This document shows, piece after piece, positions 52,786-63,164 of a stretch of 64,000 nt of DNA (position 1 is its first letter; every line of letters begins with the position of its first letter). The stretch is taken from the sequence record PQ182779.1. One strand, 5' to 3'. The position numbers were made by a program, and so were the translations under genes. The notes beneath the pieces were generated by a model. That model was not told the origin of the DNA and searched no databases. It was given only the letters and a program-made list of their open reading frames with translations.

Positions 52786-54027
52786 ATGAAACTGTCAGTA
52801 GAAAGTATTGCCATTCCTACTATGAATGCAGTGATGAATGCAGTGAGTAGTAACTGGAAGGCAGAAGCCAAAAAAAACAGAGCCAGTGATATTTTTTCTG
52901 ATTCACTCATTGAATACACCCAGCCGACCCGTATTGAGCCGCTCACGTTAGTAGAACAAAATCTCTGGCGTGAACCGTATATGGAAGATCTGATGCAGAC
53001 CCTGCTCAACATCTTCTCCGGGTATTACATGCAGGCTGTCGCCCTTGCTGCCGAAATCAAAGGGATCTCGGTAACCAAACGTTTAGAACGTTTTAATCCG
53101 AAACGTGATCCGTTGAACAACCTCGCTGACGCCGTCATAGGTGCCGTCGCGCTTGAGGACGGTACCAAGTTTGGTTTGCCGTCTTTAGAGAACATGAATG
53201 TCTTGGCCAAGGCCAATCAAGTCGGGGCCATTAACTGGTCGGTTCATAGTACCGAGGCAATGCGCGTCGGTCACAACCCTAATCCGATGAGTAATGAGGG
53301 TATCGACGAACAAAACGACAAACCAGCCCGCGGCGCTAAACCGATTTCCGCTGAACTGGTGTCGAAAGAAACTCTCCAGGCGTTACGTGACAACAGTAAC
53401 CTGGCAGTGGGTAAAATGCTCGAAGTCACTGTGGCAGTTGACGAGAGTCAAATAAAAGTTCCGGTCAACGTTCGTCTGCAGACTGTCCCGGTCCCCACGC
53501 GCAGCATGACTCTCTTCCTGACCGCTGGCGCCCAGAACCGCAGCCTCAAAGAACGCTGGTACGAATTCAAAGCGGATAAACTGACTTTCTTCGCTGACCT
53601 GATTGGCGTCCGCGATCTGTTAGACGAGCACCGTAAAAACATCATTAAAGATGAAACCGGCCTTTACCTGAAACAGATTCAGCAGAAGCGTAAGAACACC
53701 CTGGCTGGTCTGATCTCCGGTCGTCCGTCCGTTGCCTCCGCTTCAAACATCGTGGTCATCACAGAGGAACAGCGCGTAATCCTGGAACGCGAACTGAACA
53801 TTAAACTCTCCACTTTAGCAGGTCGCCGTACGCTCGAACGTAACTCCGGTATTATGTTATTGGTCGTCGTTGATCGGAGTTTCGAACAAGTTGAAATCTT
53901 CCACCGCGGGATTGAAGGGTCTACTGAGCTGTCAATCAACGCCATGAAAAATGCCTCGAAGAATACCGGGCCAGACGTCATGAAGATTTTCGAGATGTAC
54001 AAATCAATGAAAGCGCCTACTTTCTAA
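52786..54027 (+). CDS. Major inner-head protein (phiKZ gp89-like)
   Basis: 413 aa; SVE/ALE/SLE/STE/SNE processing motifs; synteny. Confidence 0.7.
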   Translation: MKLSVESIAIPTMNAVMNAVSSNWKAEAKKNRASDIFSDSLIEYTQPTRIEPLTLVEQNLWREPYMEDLMQTLLNIFSGYYMQAVALAAEIKGISVTKRLERFNPKRDPLNNLADAVIGAVALEDGTKFGLPSLENMNVLAKANQVGAINWSVHSTEAMRVGHNPNPMSNEGIDEQNDKPARGAKPISAELVSKETLQALRDNSNLAVGKMLEVTVAVDESQIKVPVNVRLQTVPVPTRSMTLFLTAGAQNRSLKERWYEFKADKLTFFADLIGVRDLLDEHRKNIIKDETGLYLKQIQQKRKNTLAGLISGRPSVASASNIVVITEEQRVILERELNIKLSTLAGRRTLERNSGIMLLVVVDRSFEQVEIFHRGIEGSTELSINAMKNASKNTGPDVMKIFEMYKSMKAPTF

Positions 54028-54041
54028 GGGAGAGCAAAATC

Positions 54042-54947
54042 ATGTTGAAAGATTTTTTCAGATCACTGGTCCCTAACTTCGAGCGCTCGCGCATTATCGA
54101 AGAATATGAGCTGGCCAGAAAGAGCCTTATTGAAGAAACTCTGCCGCCGTATAAAACAGCCGCAGAGAACAAACTCTTCATCGGGAACAACCCGTTTAAA
54201 TCACCAGCGATCAAACGTATCAACGCTTTGTACGTTCGTGAAACGGGCGCGCGTTCTAATTTCGTGAATTCACTGGCGATGGTTATCAGTAACCTGGCTG
54301 AGGGGATGCCGAATTTAGAGGCCGCTTTAGATTCGTCGTTTAAAACCGAAGCCATTATGAAAAATGGTCTGACGTACAACAAAATCTCATTGATGCGCGT
54401 TGTCAGTCTGATCAATTTCTTCAGTCTCTACTCGCGCCGGGTACTGCTGTACACTTACGGTAAAGAGATTCCGGAGCTGGGTAAAGATTATGGTGCTACG
54501 GTTGAACCGTTTACCAAAGGCGAAGTGAAATGGCTCGAAGATCACCTAGTGAACTTCTGCCGTTGTGCGAAAGTCTTTGCCCAACCTATGCGCCAGGTTC
54601 TGAACACTCTTGAGTCTGTGCCTGATATCGTTTACGATCCGGGTAAAGAAGACGACGTGAATGCGATGGTCGGGAAACAGAAAGTCGACCCGCTGCGCAT
54701 GGGATTCGTTCCTGTTGTCTCTGACATCATCTGGTTCATCGGTTCCCATTACGTTGAGTACCAGGCCGAGAGCTTCAAACGTGCCAAAGAAGAACGCCGA
54801 GCACTGGAACTTCGTCTGGCACAGATGATGGCAGCAAAACAAGGTCAAGGCGACGCTGCACAGGATAAAGTCATTGAAGTCACCGAACAACGGCTCCGTG
54901 ACCTTAACTATAAGATTTCCAAATGGGAACGCGAATACGGAGTGTAA
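54042..54947 (+). CDS. Inner-body/head protein (phiKZ gp90-like)
   Basis: 301 aa with C-terminal coiled coil; synteny. Confidence 0.7.
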   Translation: MLKDFFRSLVPNFERSRIIEEYELARKSLIEETLPPYKTAAENKLFIGNNPFKSPAIKRINALYVRETGARSNFVNSLAMVISNLAEGMPNLEAALDSSFKTEAIMKNGLTYNKISLMRVVSLINFFSLYSRRVLLYTYGKEIPELGKDYGATVEPFTKGEVKWLEDHLVNFCRCAKVFAQPMRQVLNTLESVPDIVYDPGKEDDVNAMVGKQKVDPLRMGFVPVVSDIIWFIGSHYVEYQAESFKRAKEERRALELRLAQMMAAKQGQGDAAQDKVIEVTEQRLRDLNYKISKWEREYGV

Positions 54948-54952
54948 GTACG

Positions 54953-55480
54953 ATGAACATTCAGTCTTACCAATTCAGTCCGATTGGCTTCCGCTCCCCC
55001 CTCTATGAGGGGGGTAAAACCGAACCTGAGCCGGATGACCTGATTACTACCGCATGGGAAACGTTGACGACTGACCCGAAAGGTGACGCCAGTTCCTGGG
55101 AGTTTCGCCGTAAGGTTATTAACCGGGCGATGGATCTGTTCCGTTTCTTCCCTGAGTGGTTACAGGCGCAAGAAGAAAACCCAAAACTCACACCCCATAT
55201 GCGCGCCTTTTTAGAGGATACACTTTCCTTTATTAATACAGGCCGCCGCCGGATGGCAATCGTCTCTCGCGCTTACTGTCTACAGGCAGAACGAGAGTTA
55301 CCGAACAAACCAAAATATCGTCGTGGTCGTTCAACGCCAAAACTTAAAATGATGTTGAATATCGACGGCAAAGATTATATGTATCATTGGTTGAAGCACG
55401 ATAACGGCTTTGAAGACCTCTTGGCGACCGTCAACGTCATCTTCGGCGAAATAAGTCACGTCGCCGGTAGTAGCCGGTAA
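54953..55480 (+). CDS. Conserved hypothetical protein (phiKZ gp91-like)
   Basis: Start revised to MNIQ at 54953, just after the upstream stop. Confidence 0.6.
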   Translation: MNIQSYQFSPIGFRSPLYEGGKTEPEPDDLITTAWETLTTDPKGDASSWEFRRKVINRAMDLFRFFPEWLQAQEENPKLTPHMRAFLEDTLSFINTGRRRMAIVSRAYCLQAERELPNKPKYRRGRSTPKLKMMLNIDGKDYMYHWLKHDNGFEDLLATVNVIFGEISHVAGSSR

Positions 55481-55506
55481 ACCTACCTCTCCAGGAGAAT
55501 TTGTAA

Positions 55507-57777
55507 ATGAAATTATCTTACACTCAACGTGTTCTTTCACGTAAAGCAAGCCCAGCGCTTGAAAATGAGAACACGGAAGAAGTCGTCGATCAAGCAGTTA
55601 TCGATGCCCAGCCGTCTGAAGATATTCCGGTATCCGATGACGTCACCGTTGATGAAACGGTTGTTAGCGAAGACCCTGCCGAAGAAGTTGTGGAAGAAAC
55701 CACCGTAGAAGAGCCAGTAGCGACTGATGTCCCGGTTGATGGTATTGAGCCGATCGAACCCCCGCAGGTGGTTCCGGTAACTGACTCAGGCGAAGCCACA
55801 GTTGATCAGGTTGAAGCCATCGCCGCAGGCGACCCAGAAGCAGCTGCTGAAGTTGTTGCAGAAGTCGACAACGCAGAAGGTGGTGACACCACTGCTGAAG
55901 AAGTGATCGAGGAAACAGAAGAAGTCGAAGCGGAAGCACCGGCGGAAACCGACGAAGTCGATGTCACCCCAGAAGCCACCGAAGAACTGACCGAAACCGA
56001 AGAAGCTCCAGTTGACGTTGCTGACGTCACTCCAGAAGGCGAAGTCCCTTCAAGTGACGAAGTGGTTGGCGATACCGAAGAAGTTGTGGAAGAAGTTTCC
56101 TCTGAAGATTGCGCGTGTGAATCTGACGGCACTAATCCGCCGAATGAAGGCGGTACCGGTCCGGGTGAACAGCATCTCCCGTCTGAACAGGTTGCAGTCG
56201 ACGAAGGTAAAGGCGAAGAAGTTAAACCCGTCCAGGAAAAACCGGTAGACGAAGGCACCGGCGAATCCGATATCGAAGTCGACCAGGAAAAACCTGCCGC
56301 AGAAGGTAAGGGTGAAGAAACTCTGCCGTGCGAAAGTGAAGTGGTGGACGAAGGTAAAGGCGAAAACACGCACGACGGCGAAATTGTTTCCGCTGAAAGT
56401 GCTGAGGTCGTAGAAGAGCAGGTTGTTGACGCGCCGTCTGAAAACACTCCGGAAGAAGTTGCCGCTGTTGTGGAAGGCGAAGTCCCGGTAGTTGAAGAAG
56501 TCGTCACTGAGACCCCGGAAGCAGAGACCCCGGCAGCAGAAGCACCGGCAGAAGGTGTTGTCGAAGCGGTTGCGGAAGAACCCGTTGATCTGTCACCAGA
56601 TTCCGACGACGGCGACCTGGTGATTGAAGATTTCACCACCGGCACCGAAGACGAAGAAGGTATCCTGACCGAAGCGCTGGACACCTATCCTCAGGTGGTT
56701 GACGTCCTGGAAAAATCCCTCGACGGTAAGGGTGTTTCTGTTGAAGCCATGATGATTCTGAACATCTTCATGAAACGCGACGGTAACCCACTGCAGTCTG
56801 ATGTCTCCCTGGAGAACTACAACTTCACTTCTCGTACCCAGACTCGCTTAGCGGTTGAGTCAATTCAAGAAGACATGAAATCTTGGGCGGCGCAGGCTAT
56901 CGAATTCGTGAAAAAGGCGATCGGTAAAATCCGTGAATTTCTTCACCAGCGTTTTAATCAAGTAGGTATTCTCCAACGCCGTGCCGATGCGCTGAAAGAC
57001 GTTGACATGGGTATTCCCGGCGGACAAGAAGTTCACGGTGATTTTTTACAATCAGTCCAAGTAGAAGGGAAAATACCGGATAACTGGACTCGTGAACTCG
57101 ACGATTTTGTAAATCAGTATAAACAGATTTCGAAATTCCGCCAGGCCGCGGCGGAAGCGTCCGCTAAGGTAGTGGGTGCTGTTAAGACCGATATCCTTGA
57201 TGTCCTGGTTAAAAATTCTGACAAGCAAGTAAGTGTCGAATCGGTGTATGAAAAAGCCGAGAGTCTCTTTAAAGGGATTGTTCAGAATGGTTATTTTAAA
57301 GCTCAAAATAACTCAGGTTTCCCGAGCTTTAAATCTCCAGAACTTATCGGGGATATCCAGTTGGAATTCCTCTTTGGGGCAACCGGTGGTGACGGGGCGT
57401 GGAATGAACCAACGTTCAAGGTCAACAAACTGGATTTTGAACCGGTCACTACCGCCAGATCTTTGAGTGGCCGTGAAATTCATTCTGTTTCTTTGGATGT
57501 TCGTTCCATCTTGAGCGAAGTTGAAACTAAGTTCTTTGATGAAGCGTACCAGAGTGAAATTACCGGTTCTTTCGATGAGATGACTCGTATCGGTAACTTG
57601 AACGATAATACTAACGGCAGCCATAAAGCAGAGTTAGCCGCTGTCCGTAAAATGCTGATGGCCAGTAACCGTTTCGCTATTGAGGTTGTTAGTACCACAA
57701 CCAACGTCGCAATTCGTGTTGCTAAAGGTGCGATTGAATACGCCGAAGCTTCTGTTAAAGTTAAAGCAGCAGCGTAA
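55507..57777 (+). CDS. Inner-head paralog protein (phiKZ gp93-like) with very long acidic propeptide
   Basis: ~400 aa E/D/V/P/A-rich N-terminus, then SVE...SLE...AVESIQEDMKSWAAQAIEFVKKAIGKIREFL; RBS AGGAG. Confidence 0.8.
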   Translation: MKLSYTQRVLSRKASPALENENTEEVVDQAVIDAQPSEDIPVSDDVTVDETVVSEDPAEEVVEETTVEEPVATDVPVDGIEPIEPPQVVPVTDSGEATVDQVEAIAAGDPEAAAEVVAEVDNAEGGDTTAEEVIEETEEVEAEAPAETDEVDVTPEATEELTETEEAPVDVADVTPEGEVPSSDEVVGDTEEVVEEVSSEDCACESDGTNPPNEGGTGPGEQHLPSEQVAVDEGKGEEVKPVQEKPVDEGTGESDIEVDQEKPAAEGKGEETLPCESEVVDEGKGENTHDGEIVSAESAEVVEEQVVDAPSENTPEEVAAVVEGEVPVVEEVVTETPEAETPAAEAPAEGVVEAVAEEPVDLSPDSDDGDLVIEDFTTGTEDEEGILTEALDTYPQVVDVLEKSLDGKGVSVEAMMILNIFMKRDGNPLQSDVSLENYNFTSRTQTRLAVESIQEDMKSWAAQAIEFVKKAIGKIREFLHQRFNQVGILQRRADALKDVDMGIPGGQEVHGDFLQSVQVEGKIPDNWTRELDDFVNQYKQISKFRQAAAEASAKVVGAVKTDILDVLVKNSDKQVSVESVYEKAESLFKGIVQNGYFKAQNNSGFPSFKSPELIGDIQLEFLFGATGGDGAWNEPTFKVNKLDFEPVTTARSLSGREIHSVSLDVRSILSEVETKFFDEAYQSEITGSFDEMTRIGNLNDNTNGSHKAELAAVRKMLMASNRFAIEVVSTTTNVAIRVAKGAIEYAEASVKVKAAA

Positions 57778-57877
57778 ATAGGTTAATCATACTTCCAAAC
57801 CTACCGTCCCTGGTGGACGGTAGGTTTGTATGACTTTTCTTCCTAATACGCCTTCTCCTGGGAAAGGAACACTTAAA

Positions 57878-59308
57878 ATGACCAAGATTAAAAACGTCCT
57901 CGCACGACGTCCACAAGTCTCGATTGAGTCCGCCGTTGTAGAACCAGAAAAACAATCCGTCGAATCGTTCGACGAACGTCCGATTGGCTTCGACTCTGAT
58001 GAAAGCGAACTACCCGACGAAATTGATAGCGCTATTGATCCGGTAGATGCCGATATCATGGGTTTGACGTCTTTGACTGAAACCACGAATAAATATCAGG
58101 CAATTTACGACACCATCGCGCCAGAGATCAATGCAGGACAATCTCTCTCTACCGAAGCAGCTGTGATCCTGAATATTTTCTCGAACAGCGTTGGTATCCA
58201 AACTGCCCGCGCCTTTGTTGCCAATGAGTCTGCGTCGCATATCTCGCCGCACGAATCAAAAGTTGCACTGGAAGGGATTAAAGAAGTCCTTCGTGAATGG
58301 TGGCAGAAATTCTCCGCCTTTCTGAAAGAAGCCCGTAGTCGGTTCGGCCACTGGCTTGAAAACGCATTTAACGGCGCTGAACAACTCAAGAGTTTAGCTG
58401 AACAACTAAAAGAAAAAGTGACCCACGCCAGACCCGGCTCTGGTGACATTGAATTCTCTGAGAAAGGCAAACTACTCATTGAAGGCAACTGGCCTAATGT
58501 TCCAAATGAAATGATGCGCCTGGGTCGTATCTCCGACATGGTATTGAACAATGTCATCGAGGACACCTACAGTAACGCACAGGCGGTAGCAAGCGCAATT
58601 GGTAGCTACCAGCCGGGCGGCGAAGCGTCGTTCAATCAATTGTTTAAAACGCTCGCCGAAAGCGTAAAACATCCGTCCGAAGCGATTGCAGGTGAACTCA
58701 CCATTCGTTTACCAGGCGACGCTAATGAAGTGTTACTCAAAGGCGACGATTCTGTTAATGCCGTCGTTGAAGCGTCCGAACCTTTCTTAGGTAACGCGCG
58801 ATTAGCGGCAGTTGTGGTCACCGTTAACCCGACAGAAAATCCGATCGAAGGAATCAGAGCGCTGGAAAAGGCGTATAAGTTCTCCAAGGTTATCGTAGTC
58901 GATCTGTCGGCAGAAAATAAACTTTGGAACTCACGTAACCACCAGGTTGAGGACAAAGAAGTCTCACGCTGTTCCCCGACAGATGCCGCGAAGATCGCAG
59001 ACGGCGCCTTGGCGGTAGCGAACGCGATGTTAAAACTGAAGAACTCGGGAAGTAAGAAGTCCCAAGTCGATCGCGTCGTTGATCAGGCTGGCCAGAACAT
59101 CGCTAACATGAACATTAACGAAACCAGCGAAGGCGGCGGCAGTATTTCCTCAGCGTTACGTTCCATCGTTTCTACCGTTGCAAGTATGCCATCCTCAGTG
59201 ACCAGTAGCTTAGTGAGTTTCTTCGGTTCCACTTCGCGTGCTGCGTTGAAATACGCTAATGCTTCCATTGAAGGTGAGAAGCAAGACGAAAACGAAAAAC
59301 CTGTTTAA
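57878..59308 (+). CDS. Inner-head paralog protein
   Basis: Start revised to MTKIK (AAGGA RBS); STE, ALEGIKEVLREWWQKFSAFLK signature. Confidence 0.8.
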   Translation: MTKIKNVLARRPQVSIESAVVEPEKQSVESFDERPIGFDSDESELPDEIDSAIDPVDADIMGLTSLTETTNKYQAIYDTIAPEINAGQSLSTEAAVILNIFSNSVGIQTARAFVANESASHISPHESKVALEGIKEVLREWWQKFSAFLKEARSRFGHWLENAFNGAEQLKSLAEQLKEKVTHARPGSGDIEFSEKGKLLIEGNWPNVPNEMMRLGRISDMVLNNVIEDTYSNAQAVASAIGSYQPGGEASFNQLFKTLAESVKHPSEAIAGELTIRLPGDANEVLLKGDDSVNAVVEASEPFLGNARLAAVVVTVNPTENPIEGIRALEKAYKFSKVIVVDLSAENKLWNSRNHQVEDKEVSRCSPTDAAKIADGALAVANAMLKLKNSGSKKSQVDRVVDQAGQNIANMNINETSEGGGSISSALRSIVSTVASMPSSVTSSLVSFFGSTSRAALKYANASIEGEKQDENEKPV

Positions 59309-59333
59309 TAACCCGCTATAGCCGGGAGGTAAA

Positions 59334-60563
59334 ATGCAAGATCAATTTAGCGCTCCTTCTCTTGAGGAGGAGATCACCGCTGCCGAAGGCAGTGTTGAAG
59401 CCCGCCGTGATCTTGATGAGATTGATTCTGAAATAAGCGAAATACGTGAACGCGAAGAACTGGGTCAACGTTATTTGACCCAGGAAGAACAGAAGGGGCG
59501 GTTGCAAATCGCCCCTGAGGAAATTACCAAAGAAGAAATGGATATTATCCTCGCATTCACTGAATCCCTTGCTGAAGGCACCGGTGCACAGTACGCCGCC
59601 GTGATGCCTTCTTCAGAATCGGCGTTATCGGGTCACCCTGCATTAGAGTCACTGAATTCATTGCTTTCGGAGCTCTTGAAAGCCGCCGCTGCTTTACTCG
59701 ATACGCTCTGGGGAAAACTCACAGATTATTGGGAACACCACCGTATTCGTATTCGCGGTATGATTAACCTCTCCACCGCCATTCGTAATATGGCAGAAGA
59801 GAAGATCGGTCGACCCTACTCTAATAAGAAATTGTCGATTATTTCCGGTAAAACAATCCGTCACCTTTCTGTTGGCAATAATACGGTTAAGGATTTCGGT
59901 GCTGCCCGTAAGCAGTATAGTACCCTCCAAAAAACCATATTGGATATTCTCAAAGGGTGGTGTAAGGACGTCGCTGACCAAGGTGAAAAGTCTGTTGAAA
60001 AAATCACCAGTGAAGGCCACGAGAACGTACTGAACGCAATTGAGCACCAGAACGAACTCGCTAAGGAACTCTGGAAAAAACTCCCACGTGAACTCCAGGC
60101 GCCACTCTCGCTCTTAGGGGGTGTTTCGTTAGTCGTAGACCGAACGGATGTTGTGGCCGCTTCTACGCTGGAACTCGCAAAAGAACTCCAACGACAGAAA
60201 GTGACTATGATCTCCGACCCAGATTATATCGATAAAGAAAAGATCGCCTTTACGCCTTTCCAACCGCAAGAGGTAATCGATTTGATGGACGACGTGAAAT
60301 CGGTTGGGTTATCGGTACTCGGTTTTATCGAGGATCAACACTTCACTGGGTTAGAGCGTCGCGTGAAACAATTCACGAAAGACGCGTACCGGAAACTAGA
60401 CGGTCTTCAGGAACCGAGGAACGTTCGGCTAAGTACCCTGATCGATTATCCGATCGCTTATAGTCGCTGGGTCAAAACGCCGGCTGTAGAACTGTCGAGT
60501 TTACTGCTCGATGTTTCCCGCACCTTGCAACAGCTTGCAAAAGAGTCACTATTAAAAGCATAA
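59334..60563 (+). CDS. Inner-head paralog protein
   Basis: RBS GGAGGT; SLE, SSE, ALESLNSLLSELLKAAAALL signature. Confidence 0.8.
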   Translation: MQDQFSAPSLEEEITAAEGSVEARRDLDEIDSEISEIREREELGQRYLTQEEQKGRLQIAPEEITKEEMDIILAFTESLAEGTGAQYAAVMPSSESALSGHPALESLNSLLSELLKAAAALLDTLWGKLTDYWEHHRIRIRGMINLSTAIRNMAEEKIGRPYSNKKLSIISGKTIRHLSVGNNTVKDFGAARKQYSTLQKTILDILKGWCKDVADQGEKSVEKITSEGHENVLNAIEHQNELAKELWKKLPRELQAPLSLLGGVSLVVDRTDVVAASTLELAKELQRQKVTMISDPDYIDKEKIAFTPFQPQEVIDLMDDVKSVGLSVLGFIEDQHFTGLERRVKQFTKDAYRKLDGLQEPRNVRLSTLIDYPIAYSRWVKTPAVELSSLLLDVSRTLQQLAKESLLKA

Positions 60564-60591
60564 ACAGAAGGACCGTTAGGTCCTTCTGTTA
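60564..60591 (+). terminator. Intrinsic terminator
   Basis: AACAGAAGGACC-GTTA-GGTCCTTCTGTT then ATTTTT. Confidence 0.8.
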
Positions 60592-60643
60592 TTTTTGACT
60601 TTTTATCAGTTTAATTTGACACGTCGTTCAATAAGGAAACACT

Positions 60644-61543
60644 ATGTCTATTGTTATTCACTTTATCGCCGCTCCCTTTGAACAATCGTTTTCCTACGAA
60701 GGTACCATCGAGGAATTCCAAAGGGGGATTTACACTATCCGTAATTTGGTCAACGTCGACAAAGCCGGGGAAAACATCTTTAACGTTACTCCGTCAGGTA
60801 TCTCCACTGAGTTTGGTGTGAGTGGGTCGGCGCTGTACAAGAAACTGTTCGACCTGGTCAGTAAAGCTGATCCTCGTCTTCTTCGAATTAAGAACGACCA
60901 GTTCGAAGGAAACACCAGCGTAGATAACGGCCTTTATACGTACCAGTTCAAAGTTGGCGGGATCGATTCATTTACCTGTCAAGTCAATTCGCAGAACTCT
61001 GTCGATCATGTCCTGAATTATATCAGAGGTTCTCGAGCGATGTTTGAGATCTTTGAGCAATTCCTGATCTCCGTTCGTAACGATTTCCCTGCGGACACCG
61101 CTGTGCCCCCGGTACCAAAAGAAGCACCGGCAGCAGAACCTCTCTTCATTCCTGAGACTGAAGTCGCGCCTCGTGTGCCGGTGGAAGTAAAAAACGGTCG
61201 CCCTGTTGTCGCCGCTCAACGCGAAGAGAAAATGCAGGAATTAGGGATTCTGGTTTGTCGGATCGGAAACCCTATCATTGAAGTTGTGCTGCGTTCCCCT
61301 ATCGCACATCGTCTTCAGACCACTGCATTCGCTGAGACACTAAAAGGGTATCTCGATCAGAACGGTGTCCTCACCACGGCCGATAACGGACGTCGTCTGT
61401 TGGCAGTCTCTGAGACACAAGCGTCCCGTTTCGAGGACCTGATTCGTTCCGCAGTACAGGACCACAACGCGCTGGAAGGCACCGAGTTTGGTCGGGAAGA
61501 ATATCTCCCAGGAAAAGAAGTCCCAGGCCGTATCTACCTCTAA
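60644..61543 (+). CDS. Hypothetical protein in the structural cluster
   Basis: 299 aa, RBS AAGGA. Confidence 0.7.
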   Translation: MSIVIHFIAAPFEQSFSYEGTIEEFQRGIYTIRNLVNVDKAGENIFNVTPSGISTEFGVSGSALYKKLFDLVSKADPRLLRIKNDQFEGNTSVDNGLYTYQFKVGGIDSFTCQVNSQNSVDHVLNYIRGSRAMFEIFEQFLISVRNDFPADTAVPPVPKEAPAAEPLFIPETEVAPRVPVEVKNGRPVVAAQREEKMQELGILVCRIGNPIIEVVLRSPIAHRLQTTAFAETLKGYLDQNGVLTTADNGRRLLAVSETQASRFEDLIRSAVQDHNALEGTEFGREEYLPGKEVPGRIYL

Positions 61544-61611
61544 GAAACCCGGAATGCAAGGCTTCTGGCCTTGCATTCCTATGACTTTTTCGGGCCCCAG
61601 AGGGAAGAATA

Positions 61612-63153
61612 ATGCCACGTTTCACATATGAGTTACCTGACGTTGACGTCATGATTACCCGCCCAATCGTGATGGCGGTCACTCGCTCGATCATCGGTGT
61701 AACCGGTATGCCCGAAGACACCTTTATCGAATACGCGGGCGATGAGCGAGGAATCCCCACTTGGCGAACCACGCTCAATCAACAAGAATGGGATCCTACC
61801 GATACCGCAAGGTTTGGGTTCTACGGGAAGGTAAAGGTTGCCTACAGCGAGGAACCGGAACCGGATAACATTCTAACCAGTGCGTACTATTACCCGGACA
61901 ATAACATTGTCTGGGCAGATCCCAAAATCAACACGTACCTGACCACCTTCCGTGAACCGGTCAAAGCACGCCTGACGTTTACTTACCGAACTAAAGATAA
62001 AAACGAAGCCAAGAATTGGCAAAGTAGAATGCGTAAACTAATGCGCAACCATTTTATCGACCAATCGTTCTACGCCGATTTCAATTACGTATTACCGTAC
62101 ACACTGTTTGACTTCTTCGATCTCTTTTACAAAATGCGAGAAAGAGTCGAAGGTTACGGCGACAGCTTTAGCGAGTGGTTCAAACAAGGACTACTGGCTG
62201 ACAACACCGTACTGGTTACGCAAGGGGCTGAAAAACCTCAGTTCGTTTTCCGTGAGACTCAGCTCGATATCTTAGGGAACTTTGAGTTTGATACCCCACC
62301 CATTGAAGATAAGGTCGATGACGGTACCGCGTACGAAATCGAGTTCAGTTATCGATTTGGTTTTGACCGCCCTATCGGCTTTATGATGAAACACCCGTTA
62401 GTTATCCACAATCAAATTGTTCCGAGAACTCACCGGACTCAAACTTCGTGGTATGACGCTGACCCTCTAACGGGTCGCGGGTCAATCAGTTCGACGCGTT
62501 ACCGCAAACTATTCCAGGAGCAGTATTTCTACAAGAATTTAAACAGAGGGAACATTGTCCCTTCGTTTGACGACTGGATGCCGACACAGGTGGCTGCCGA
62601 TACTGCGAACCTGACCCAGTTCCTGATTCAAGTCGATACCACGAACCGGAAGAAGGTCTTGTCGCTCACGGACCTCCCTAAGATGTCTTTCGATCCGCTA
62701 CTGGTCGAATACATGAAGGAAACTCGTGCGTATTTAACCAAACGTACGGGTAGTTGGGTGCATGTCGCCGTCTACCAAAATGACCGTCCTTTAGATCCTC
62801 GTTCAATAACGATTGACGAAGACCTGACTATCTGGGTGGACACAGAACTTGATTTAAGGTCCCTGTATCACGTCAGAATCAGTTTATTTACTCAGTTGAT
62901 GTCATTACAGCCTTTTGCTGTAGATCTTCTTAGAAAACGTCCTGAGTACCTTAAAATGGCCATTGATGGCCTTGACCCAGAGTACGGTAAGAAATATAGC
63001 TACCCGACGGCAAAACCGGGGAGATTGGTATCGAAACTGGACTACGTTGACGCCGCCCGTAATTTGGCCGTCACCGCCAGAAGATTCTACTCGCCAAAAT
63101 ACCGGTACATTCTTCTCCCGACTCAACTCAACACTTTATTCACAGTTCAATAG
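61612..63153 (+). CDS. Virion structural protein (phiKZ gp99-like)
   Basis: 513 aa; synteny after the inner-head paralogs. Confidence 0.65.
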   Translation: MPRFTYELPDVDVMITRPIVMAVTRSIIGVTGMPEDTFIEYAGDERGIPTWRTTLNQQEWDPTDTARFGFYGKVKVAYSEEPEPDNILTSAYYYPDNNIVWADPKINTYLTTFREPVKARLTFTYRTKDKNEAKNWQSRMRKLMRNHFIDQSFYADFNYVLPYTLFDFFDLFYKMRERVEGYGDSFSEWFKQGLLADNTVLVTQGAEKPQFVFRETQLDILGNFEFDTPPIEDKVDDGTAYEIEFSYRFGFDRPIGFMMKHPLVIHNQIVPRTHRTQTSWYDADPLTGRGSISSTRYRKLFQEQYFYKNLNRGNIVPSFDDWMPTQVAADTANLTQFLIQVDTTNRKKVLSLTDLPKMSFDPLLVEYMKETRAYLTKRTGSWVHVAVYQNDRPLDPRSITIDEDLTIWVDTELDLRSLYHVRISLFTQLMSLQPFAVDLLRKRPEYLKMAIDGLDPEYGKKYSYPTAKPGRLVSKLDYVDAARNLAVTARRFYSPKYRYILLPTQLNTLFTVQ

Positions 63154-63164
63154 GAGCACGGTAA

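Noticed and set aside
55806-56684. 292-aa Ser/Thr-rich antisense ORF
   Set aside because: Reverse complement of the Glu/Asp/Val-rich repeat region; composition is fully explained by the sense strand.
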